A DNA stretch of 64,000 nt. It comes from Phycisphaerae bacterium (GTDB taxonomy: Bacteria; Planctomycetota; Phycisphaerae; UBA1845). Under the pieces are notes generated by a model. The model was not told the origin of the DNA, made no database searches, and was given only the letters and a program-made list of their open reading frames with translations. Shown in pieces: positions 36,878 through 44,386 of the stretch (positions are counted from its first letter, which is position 1; each line of letters starts with the position of its first letter). Location: assembly GCA_963666835.2 (NCBI GenBank), contig CAXXGO010000005.1:1-64000 (forward strand), read 5' to 3'. The translations under genes were made by a program, and so were the position numbers.

Positions 36878-37450
36878 GAAGAAAATTCGACAACCGTTCC
36901 GTTGTGCAAAAAATGCCAGGATGTGGCACCGTATACAATCTTAATCGGGCAGCCATGTTTCACCCTTGTTTTCAAGGCGTTTCCGGCTGTGTTCCGGTTT
37001 GTTTCCGTATTGTTTGCGGCGAGTCTATGCCGGATGAAGGTGCCTTCAGTCGATGACATAAGCGCGGCACGTTTCAGAGGAAAGGTGGCGACATCGAAGG
37101 CGGAGCACGTCCGGACGGGCGAATCAAGAGACGTTGGGACCCCTATCGGCCTGGAAAAGCTGAACCACACCCCCCGGTCGATCCTGGCGGTACCATCTAG
37201 ACTTAACCCCCCTCCGACGCGCGAGCAGTTTCCGGGCCGGGCAGGCCTGGATAACGCTGGCGGTCCTTTCCGGAGTCGGGTATCGTGTCGGCCATGATCC
37301 GCAAAACCATCCTGTTCGGGTGTGCGTTCGGGGCGATCGTCTACGCCGTTGCCTGGGTTGTTCTGGCCTTTCCGGTCTGCCTTCGCGATAATGGGCCATC
37401 GATTTCGGCTACCGGCTCTTGCTGGCGAGCCCTGCCGCAGCAGAGGTGAT

Positions 37451-37843
37451 GTGAAAGTGAGTAGAATGGAAGAACAAAGATCCAGTGATGAACAAGTCAT
37501 AGACGAGAAGCTATGGCAAGCCTTCTGGCTAGGAGTATGCGTTGCTAATGACCCCTTCGATGTTGAGCCAGAGAAGCTTGGCTCTGATAAGGTCTCTTCC
37601 CTTAGAGCCACGGCCGCTGCCATCCGCGCGAAGGCGCAGAATTTGAGGAGACTAGATGCGTCACTCCGCGAAATAGCGGAGGGCAAGTCTTTGCTGGGGC
37701 CAAACGTCACCGACGGTCTTGACCCGAAGGTCAAACGCCGACTAGACCAACAGGAGCGTGAAAGGCAGAAGCTAGCCCAACGATTAGTTGCGTTTCTGGA
37801 CAGAAAAGACGAGGAGCTGAACCGTTACCGAGAACAGAAGTGA
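37451..37843 (+). CDS. Hypothetical helical/coiled-coil protein
   Basis: GTG start after GAGG; charged, helical C-terminus (RRLDQQERERQKLAQRL). Confidence 0.5.
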   Translation: MKVSRMEEQRSSDEQVIDEKLWQAFWLGVCVANDPFDVEPEKLGSDKVSSLRATAAAIRAKAQNLRRLDASLREIAEGKSLLGPNVTDGLDPKVKRRLDQQERERQKLAQRLVAFLDRKDEELNRYREQK

Positions 37844-37923
37844 GAGCCATTGCTGAACGACCTTGCTTTCTCGCAAGCGCAGTTACGGAATCTCGGAAGC
37901 CCGGCATCCGAGGGACAGTCGGT

Positions 37924-38112
37924 ATGACTCTTCTGCTACTGCTCCAGCCGTTCCTGTTTCTCGTCTCTGTCTACGTCACGCTCGCCTTCATTCGTGACCC
38001 GGCGCGACGCTGGCGCCGGAAAAAGCGAGGCCCGTGCCTGACGTGCGGGTACAGCCTGGAAGGGAACGTGTCGGGAGTGTGTCCGGAATGCGGTTCGGAG
38101 ATCGCGCCATGA
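37924..38112 (+). CDS. Short membrane protein with C-terminal CxxCGY-L-GN-SG-CPECG zinc ribbon (probably 5'-eroded)
   Basis: TM + RRWRRKKRGPCLTCGYSLEGNVSGVCPECG. Confidence 0.65.
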   Translation: MTLLLLLQPFLFLVSVYVTLAFIRDPARRWRRKKRGPCLTCGYSLEGNVSGVCPECGSEIAP

Positions 38113-38678
38113 TTCGCGAGATTCTCAGCATGCTGCGCGCTGCCATTATTGTTGGGTTGACGTTGGGGGCGGTGTCGACGGCATCTGTCGGGGCGTTCCT
38201 GGTTCATGGATCATTATGGCGGTACAAGGGGCCGTCAATCACTGGGGGGGGGCCGACAACCACCCCCTGGTGGTGCGACATCTTCTTCTTGGAAAACGGC
38301 GTGGTATACTTCGATGTTGTTGCATGCCAGCCTTACGAACTGGAATACTGTGTTGGTTTTCCGAGGTCGGCATCTGATGGTCTCAGTAGAGGATCACGCT
38401 TTGAACGATTCATCGGTCTCAACGTCTTCTACCCAAAGGGTCCGTCGTGTGAATGGGGCCTGTCCGCCTACGTATCGCCCAGATTCCTTTGGGTTATCGC
38501 GTGTCTTCTGGCAACCTACCCGGCCGTCACATTCATGCGCGGTCCGCTCCGCCGTCGCCGTCGGCGCAAACGCGGCCTGTGCGTCGGCTGCGGCTACGAC
38601 TTAACCGGCAACATCACGGGTGTCTGTCCCGAGTGCGGCGTCCCGATCGATCCCAAGCAGGATGAGGCTACCGGATGA
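38109..38678 (+). CDS. Membrane protein with C-terminal zinc ribbon
   Basis: N-terminal TM, variable loop, TM, RRRRRKRGLCVGCGYDLTGNITGVCPECG. Confidence 0.8.
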   Translation: MIREILSMLRAAIIVGLTLGAVSTASVGAFLVHGSLWRYKGPSITGGGPTTTPWWCDIFFLENGVVYFDVVACQPYELEYCVGFPRSASDGLSRGSRFERFIGLNVFYPKGPSCEWGLSAYVSPRFLWVIACLLATYPAVTFMRGPLRRRRRRKRGLCVGCGYDLTGNITGVCPECGVPIDPKQDEATG

Positions 38679-39175
38679 CCACCATGCGGACCATCTCTCG
38701 GAAACGACGAATCCTGAAGTGGGCGGGGTCGGTGGCGTACGTTCTTTTGGCGACAACGCTCATCTTATCACGATGGTGGACCGCGGGTTGGCTCGGCGGG
38801 ACCTACATTGTAGTCACCAAAGGTGGCGCGGTAGTGGTCACCGTTCTTGACCAGACCGGACGTGAACTTGGCTGGAAGGTCCGCCGGAACGTCCCCACTT
38901 CACGCATGGACTGGTGGTTTCGCCGCACCCCGGCGAACCTCTCCGGGATGTCGGTCTTCGCCACCCCTCTCTGGGCACCCCTGGTTGGGATCGGCCTCCC
39001 GACATTCTTGGCATGGCGGCGCGATCGCCGGATTCCGCCCGGTCACTGTGCGAGCTGCGGTTACGATCTGACGGGCAACGTCTCGGGCCGGTGTTCGGAG
39101 TGCGGAACGCCCGTGCCCCAGCAAACAACTTGCGACGACGGGATACCCCGGTCTCCGGAGGATGAAAACAAGTGA
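38675..39175 (+). CDS. Membrane protein with C-terminal zinc ribbon
   Basis: RRILKWAG + TM, loop, PLWAP TM, RRIPPGHCASCGYDLTGNVSGRCSECG. Confidence 0.8.
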   Translation: MTTMRTISRKRRILKWAGSVAYVLLATTLILSRWWTAGWLGGTYIVVTKGGAVVVTVLDQTGRELGWKVRRNVPTSRMDWWFRRTPANLSGMSVFATPLWAPLVGIGLPTFLAWRRDRRIPPGHCASCGYDLTGNVSGRCSECGTPVPQQTTCDDGIPRSPEDENK

Positions 39176-39469
39176 CCGCTGGAAGGACTCGGCGCACGGA
39201 GCAAGCGGCGGGGGGATCTGGCATCATGGCCGCAAGGTACCTTGCGATCGAACGCAACGGGTGGGGTGTTGCGCACTGCCGGCGGGAGAGTGAGGAGCTT
39301 GAAGGCAAGATCGTGAAGAACTTCCGCAACTAGCGGGAGCTGCAAGCCAACGCCATTTCGCTGGGGAGAGCACGATCAGACCGCCGCGGCCATTCTGTCC
39401 GTCTCCGCCCGCGACCACGAACACATCTGTTACGAATTCAACTCCCGATGGTCAGTCTCACCCGCCATG

Positions 39470-39766
39470 TCACGCGCCGCGCCCCCCGAAGCTCGGATGT
39501 CCGCGCTTGGCGAGGGCAGCGCACTCCCCGGCCACGCGGCGAAGCATGCCAGTTCGGTCATTCACGCTGAGCAGACGATACAGCCGGTAGGTGTACGTGC
39601 GAGCCGTGCAGTCCCGGACGCCCAGCGACTCTGCGATTGCCGCTTCGTCGGCATGGTCGAGTATCGCCCGAAACACGTCAGTCTCTCGTTCTGCGAGGTT
39701 GAACTGTAAGCTCAGCGTCCGTAACTGTGCGTCTGAGACTTTTGGGGCCTGTTTGGCTCTTGGCAA
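39470..39766 (-). CDS. Stand-alone LuxR-type HTH regulator
   Basis: LAERETDVFRAI....E.AIAESLGV...TARTY..RLYRLL.V.DR. Confidence 0.72.
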   Translation of the reverse strand: MPRAKQAPKVSDAQLRTLSLQFNLAERETDVFRAILDHADEAAIAESLGVRDCTARTYTYRLYRLLSVNDRTGMLRRVAGECAALAKRGHPSFGGRGA

Positions 39767-39780
39767 GGTCCGCCCTCCTA

Positions 39781-40077
39781 TTACGCTCCCGCCGGCGTCG
39801 CGAACTGTGGGTGCTTCCGCCGGGGCATCTTCGCGTATGTGGCGAACACGAGCAAGACCAGTTGACTGCGGCTATGCACTCCCAGCCGTTGGTACATCCG
39901 GCAGAAGTGCGTATGGACCGTAACGGGCGAGATGTACAGTTCGTCCGCGATCTCGATCTGTCGTTTGCCCTGGAGCACGCACCGGACGATGTCCAGCTCT
40001 CGACCGGAGATGCTCATACTCTCGCCCGACGTCCAGAGCTGGGCTATCGTGATCGGCGGGATCTGATTAGTCGGCAT
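39781..40077 (-). CDS. Stand-alone LuxR-type HTH regulator
   Basis: ISGRELDIVRCVLQGKRQIEIADELYISPVTVHTHFCRMYQRLGVHSRSQL. Confidence 0.85.
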   Translation of the reverse strand: MPTNQIPPITIAQLWTSGESMSISGRELDIVRCVLQGKRQIEIADELYISPVTVHTHFCRMYQRLGVHSRSQLVLLVFATYAKMPRRKHPQFATPAGA

Positions 40078-40269
40078 AGCGGCCTTTCGTCAGGGAGAAG
40101 GGGATGTAGCTGATTGTCCGCCAGTCGAGTCCATGCCGACAAAACGCCGGTGCCGTCACGCTGACCGGCCCCGCTCCCGCGGAAGCTCCTCAGCCCAGGA
40201 CCCATCGTAGCCCGCCAGGCCACCGGACGGAAGAAGCGCAGAATCAGTGATGCCCCCTTTCCCTTTTTG

Positions 40270-40473
40270 GTTCCCGAGCAAGTCCATCGACCAAGTGTGA
40301 GCCGTGGGCTTCCCGTCCTCCGGCGTCTCGAACCCGTCGGGCTGCCCGTCCCCATCGAACGTGAACTCCCCCGATTCGGCAAGAATCAGCCGGTTCAGCC
40401 GGTCGTAGCGATAGAGGTAAGATCGATCGTTGTCGTGCCCGGCCTGCGTGATCTCAGCCTAGGGGTGGTTCCC
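40270..40473 (-). pseudogene. Degenerate RHS-core fragment
   Basis: Manual translation GNHP*AEITQAGHDNDRSYLYRYDRLNRLILAESG...(frameshift)...HTWSMDLLGN aligns with GNRTYAKINQAGHANNRSFLYGYDNLNRLVYAERG...AWNLDVLGN of the large RHS (45859-46038). Confidence 0.8.
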
Positions 40474-40669
40474 AACCGTGCTCGCCCGGAAGCGTTGGCC
40501 GTTTCACCCTACCCGCGCTGGGTATAGCCGAACGCCAAGATCCCGACGGCGGTGTCCAGGACTCCGTCCATGCACCCCCGAACGCGGCACCCCGAAAAGC
40601 GACGTGGGCGTAATCAGTATGGTGTCCCCCGAATTGCCACCGAATTGCCAGAAGATCGAGTGGAATTGA

Positions 40670-41194
40670 CTAAATGGACACGTCGTATCCCTTGGCGAGG
40701 ATCTGCCGCACCGCATCCTGGGCGGCCTCAAAAGTGGAGAAGCCCGGGATACGAAACTGGTCTCGAAGGGGCGACGAAAGACGATCAAAGCAGACCAACC
40801 TGCCGTCAACAGCAATGCCGAACATTCCCCCGATGCGATCCTGTGACCATAATGCAAGACGATCTCTGCACTGCTCCCTCAACCACAGCACAACGGCGAA
40901 TGTTCCGTTCGACTGCTCATTCGCGTAGATTCGCGTGTATTCGCAGCAGGAGAGCGTAACACCCGGTTCTCTCTCGCGATACCAAACCGATCCATCCTCC
41001 GCAACAATCTCCACAGTGTGAGCGTCAGTTCGAACGCGGTCTAGGCTCAACAACTGCACATAGTCACGATTGCCGGGCGCTGCTACCCGTACCGGCGAAA
41101 AGTCGACGTGCAGAATGCAGCACTGGTTCGGCGTAGCCAGCACCGATACAACAAGTACGGCCAACGCCAACAGGATCACCATCATCCTAAGCAT
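40670..41194 (-). CDS. Putative exported immunity protein, paralogue 2 (SecD/SecF P1-head-like)
   Basis: N-terminal hydrophobic helix. Shares GN.DYVQ.L.L....TDAHTV.IV.EDGSVWYRE.E.G..L.CC and IP.FST.EAA..A.R.IL with the 41423-41941 ORF. Confidence 0.65.
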   Translation of the reverse strand: MLRMMVILLALAVLVVSVLATPNQCCILHVDFSPVRVAAPGNRDYVQLLSLDRVRTDAHTVEIVAEDGSVWYREREPGVTLSCCEYTRIYANEQSNGTFAVVLWLREQCRDRLALWSQDRIGGMFGIAVDGRLVCFDRLSSPLRDQFRIPGFSTFEAAQDAVRQILAKGYDVSI

Positions 41195-41422
41195 TGCCCT
41201 GTCGCATCACCACGGCCGAATCCTCAACACATATCATGGGAGTTAGTCTTCGACTACCGAACTCCGCGGGGTGTCCGGCTTCTGCCACCTTTGCGTGCCT
41301 ACCTTGCCGAGGACACCCGTTGTGGGGCCGCGGTAACACGGGCGCACGCCCTGCTCGCCTGTCCATGTCCGGGATGGCTGCCGCTGCAAGCTGGCGGGCA
41401 ATCCGCGGTGTGGTCGACAGAA

Positions 41423-41941
41423 TCACCTACGGACTCCGAACCCCTGCAGGAGAATCTCTCTGGCTGCTTCATCAGCTGCCTCAAGTGTCGAGAAGACCGG
41501 AATGCCAAACCGGAGGTCAAAAGGTCCGCGAAGCCGTGCAGTATACACCAGCTTGTCGTCGATAGTAATGCCAATCATCTTGCCGAGACGGCCCTTCGAC
41601 CAATGTCTGAATCGATCCCTGCACAATTCTTGCACCCAAACGATGACGCCGAAGTTCCCATCTGGAAAGTCCATCGTTTCGATCCGGTCACAGTCACAGC
41701 AGGCAAGTGAAATCCCGGCTTCTTCTTCTCGATACCAGACCGATCCGTCTTCGCCAACGATCCTTACGGTGTGGGCATCAGTGGGGATGCCGCTGAGGCC
41801 CAACACCTGCACGTAGTCAGGGTTTCCGGACGGCGCCACCTTGACCGGCGCACTCGTCGTATCCGTGTTACGCTGTTGATTCCCTACAAACAGAATCAAG
41901 ACAATCAGTCCGACCACCGCTATACCCGTGATTACTCGCAT
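41423..41941 (-). CDS. Putative exported immunity protein for the orphan RHS toxin (SecD/SecF P1-head-like)
   Basis: Start overlaps the orphan toxin stop; N-terminal TM/signal; RLGKMIGITIDDKLV..ARL..P....FST.EAA.EAA. Confidence 0.7.
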   Translation of the reverse strand: MRVITGIAVVGLIVLILFVGNQQRNTDTTSAPVKVAPSGNPDYVQVLGLSGIPTDAHTVRIVGEDGSVWYREEEAGISLACCDCDRIETMDFPDGNFGVIVWVQELCRDRFRHWSKGRLGKMIGITIDDKLVYTARLRGPFDLRFGIPVFSTLEAADEAAREILLQGFGVRR

Positions 41942-43215
41942 TTGCCTACATCACCCTCGCCGCACTGAAGAGGCCCTGGATTATTAGTCCCCAGCGGACT
42001 ACCGTGTACATCACAGAGCGTCTCGCCATACCCTATTGTCTCGCAGGACAGAACCGCTCTCATGTTGTCAAAAACGGCCTTCCCATAGATATGCTGGGAT
42101 TTTCCTGTGCCCTCGATCGTCTTCTCTTCTCGGTACTCACCTGCTCCGTCGTCGCAATCCCGCACACACGTGCGGACACATATCTCCTTCTTCCGGCAAG
42201 CCCTGCCACTCCAGTCAATGCGGCTATGATCATAGCTGCTGTAGCCGCGAAGTAACACTTCTGCAGTCGGCAAATAGAACACACTTCTCATACCGAGTGT
42301 CATGTCGGCATCGTCCGCCTCGCCGTTGTCGGCTCTGAAGCCAATGACCTTTACACCAACCTTCACGGTGTTGAGGATCGTGAAATCGACATCGCGGACT
42401 GTGGCCCTCGCCTCTTTCAGCGTCCGTTGCAGGAGCCCCCTGATCAACCATTTCTCGGTTGACTTCGCCTCTCTCAGATACGTCCCGCGCACTGTTACAG
42501 TCTGGAAACCATTGGATACACGCAAACTCGTCCAGGGCCCACACTTCATGCCGAGAACATCCGTGTGCCGGGCGGGATTACTCTGAACATAGTGGTACAG
42601 ACTCATCCCATCACCGTATTGCGCCGCAACACGCGCCGCCGGTTGTACGGCAAACGTGACCGCATTATGCGAGGCGCCGCTCGTGAGCACCAACCCCGTC
42701 CCGTTCGGGTCCGCCTGCAGGAAGCGGCTTAGCAGGGGATCGTAATAGCGGGCGCGGTTATAGTAGAGGCCGGTTTCGCGGTCAAGGATCAGGCCGTTGC
42801 GGCCGAGGGGGATCAGCAGCTCGGTTAGATCGGCAGGGCCGTTGCCTTCTGCGTTGCCGGATCCGTCCTCGATGTGCTGATACGCACCGTATGGGGCGTA
42901 CGAATACTGCTGCTCGAGGTATCCCAGGTGATCGGTCACGCCGACGACGTCGTAGTTGGCGTCCTGCAACACGAAGTGCGGGTCCGGATCGGCGGCACCG
43001 GTGTCGTAATATGCCACGACCTCATCGATATAATCCAACCCGTAAACGTACCGGCGATGCGGCTCGACGGCCGTGTCGCTCGCGCTGGTCTTACGGTGCT
43101 CCAGCACGCGGTGGCCGTCGTAGTAGAAATAGTCGCCGTAGCCGGTCGTGTCGAGCGGGGCTCCGGAGTTCTCCACCCGTTTGCGAATCCGCCGGCCGAG
43201 GGCCTCGTAATCGAA
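41932..43215 (-). CDS. Orphan RHS module (3' RHS core + distinct ~205-aa C-terminal toxin domain)
   Basis: Begins mid-core (FDYEALGRRIRK...). Carries DRETGLYYNRARYYDPLLSRFLQADPNG and YGDGMSLYHYVQSNP..TDVLG, then an unrelated Cys-rich tip. Confidence 0.88.
   Translation of the reverse strand, partial: FDYEALGRRIRKRVENSGAPLDTTGYGDYFYYDGHRVLEHRKTSASDTAVEPHRRYVYGLDYIDEVVAYYDTGAADPDPHFVLQDANYDVVGVTDHLGYLEQQYSYAPYGAYQHIEDGSGNAEGNGPADLTELLIPLGRNGLILDRETGLYYNRARYYDPLLSRFLQADPNGTGLVLTSGASHNAVTFAVQPAARVAAQYGDGMSLYHYVQSNPARHTDVLGMKCGPWTSLRVSNGFQTVTVRGTYLREAKSTEKWLIRGLLQRTLKEARATVRDVDFTILNTVKVGVKVIGFRADNGEADDADMTLGMRSVFYLPTAEVLLRGYSSYDHSRIDWSGRACRKKEICVRTCVRDCDDGAGEYREEKTIEGTGKSQHIYGKAVFDNMRAVLSCETIGYGETLCDVHGSPLGTNNPGPLQCGEGDVGKCE
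42696..43139. repeat. Near-identical copy of the RHS core 3' region at about 45009-45449
   Basis: Long shared stretches such as GGTCCGCCTGCAGGAAGCGGCTTAGCAG and ATAGTAGAGGCCGGTTTCGCGGTCAAGGATCAGGCCGTTGCGGCCGAGGGGGATCAGCAGC. Confidence 0.92.
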
Positions 43216-43256
43216 GCTCAGCGAGATTCGGGCGCTGGTCGGGAAGAGCCGATTGC

Positions 43257-43475
43257 TCAGCGAGTCAAGTACAGGATCATTACACCGGTTCTAACCAAAC
43301 CAATAGCCACCCCCAGCGCCGCGACAATTGTGTACCCGCGCGACGGGCTGATTGCGATTCCCCACGCCCCATAAGCCAGAGAACCCAGCATCAAGGGAGG
43401 GGCGCAAACCACGAATGACAAAATGCCGCACGATACAGAAATCGCCCCGCTTGTCCTTGCCCAATCAATGTCCAC
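43257..43475 (-). CDS. Small two-TM membrane protein (possible orphan immunity gene)
   Basis: 72 aa, two hydrophobic helices, same strand, between the cognate immunity gene and the orphan module. Confidence 0.4.
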   Translation of the reverse strand: MDIDWARTSGAISVSCGILSFVVCAPPLMLGSLAYGAWGIAISPSRGYTIVAALGVAIGLVRTGVMILYLTR

Positions 43476-43579
43476 GCGTATGCAGACTCCTGTGATATGA
43501 GTACGCTCAGCAGCAACCCGATGTCCGGAGGATGCCGTATCTCCGAACTACCGCACTCACCCTGCGCCTCGCCCCCCCG

Positions 43580-44386
43580 TCAGTCCGACCTATCGCGCCC
43601 TTCAGCTCCTGCGACATTCCTTGCTCCCTCCGACGGCGAACCTTCAGCAAACGAACGACAGCCAAAGGCCGTTCCTAGTGGAAGGAAACTGCTCATTCGG
43701 CCAGTGCGATCTTCTATGGCAGCGTAAGCAGATACCTGCTCACCAATAGCATACGGAAGAACCGACACATCTCCGATGTTGACCCGGAGAAGTCCGTCAG
43801 CATCCGCGATGCCGTGTTCTTTGTATAGGTCCCAAGATACCGGCTCCAGTCTCCACATCCTAGATGATAGGATAGAATTGTCTTTCTGCTGCTGTGTATC
43901 CTCAATCAACGTGTGAACGATTGCTGCGTCTGGACCACAAATTATAATGTGATATCGGTAAGTCTCTCGGTTTAAATTGACCCAGTCTAACCCAAGAACA
44001 GGTTCCCCATCCATTGTGTAGTTCGCCGTAGCCATTAGTAGTACCGGTGGTCGTCTTTCCGGCAGCGTGCCCTCATCCAGTAGGCGGAGCGCCGCCAGAG
44101 CCTGCGCAACATGAAGGCTGCTGTCCCTGTACCGGATAGTGCTTCCCTGAATGACCCTGTGCAAAAAACGTCTCGTACTCTCAATCTGCTTGTGGAGCGT
44201 GTTTTTGTAATCGCGCGCGATTGCCGGGACATCTGGAAGCGCAGTATAGCCAGCGTGCGGCGCATCTGTGTCCGAGTTACGGTTGCATGCTCCTGCAAGC
44301 ATGATTAGAGCGACAACCGCACCATATCCACACGTTAGTGTAATTGCAGCTAGCGTTATTCGGGGCATCTTTTTTGCGTTGCGCAT
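43580..44386 (-). CDS. Putative cognate immunity lipoprotein of the large RHS toxin
   Basis: Overlaps the RHS 3' end; hydrophobic N-terminus with lipobox-like LAGA-C; lower GC than the RHS core. Confidence 0.65.
   Translation of the reverse strand: MRNAKKMPRITLAAITLTCGYGAVVALIMLAGACNRNSDTDAPHAGYTALPDVPAIARDYKNTLHKQIESTRRFLHRVIQGSTIRYRDSSLHVAQALAALRLLDEGTLPERRPPVLLMATANYTMDGEPVLGLDWVNLNRETYRYHIIICGPDAAIVHTLIEDTQQQKDNSILSSRMWRLEPVSWDLYKEHGIADADGLLRVNIGDVSVLPYAIGEQVSAYAAIEDRTGRMSSFLPLGTAFGCRSFAEGSPSEGARNVAGAEGRDRSD

Noticed and set aside
33707..36948. TTAATCGG direct repeat as the ends of the ardC-recombinase unit
   Set aside because: One 8-bp match between two regions of a few hundred bases is expected by chance; not usable without an empty-site allele.
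40478..40669. RAYT transposase C-terminal remnant (…ISMVSPEL)
   Set aside because: Only the terminal DNA motif is suggestive; no HUH or catalytic Tyr motif is visible.
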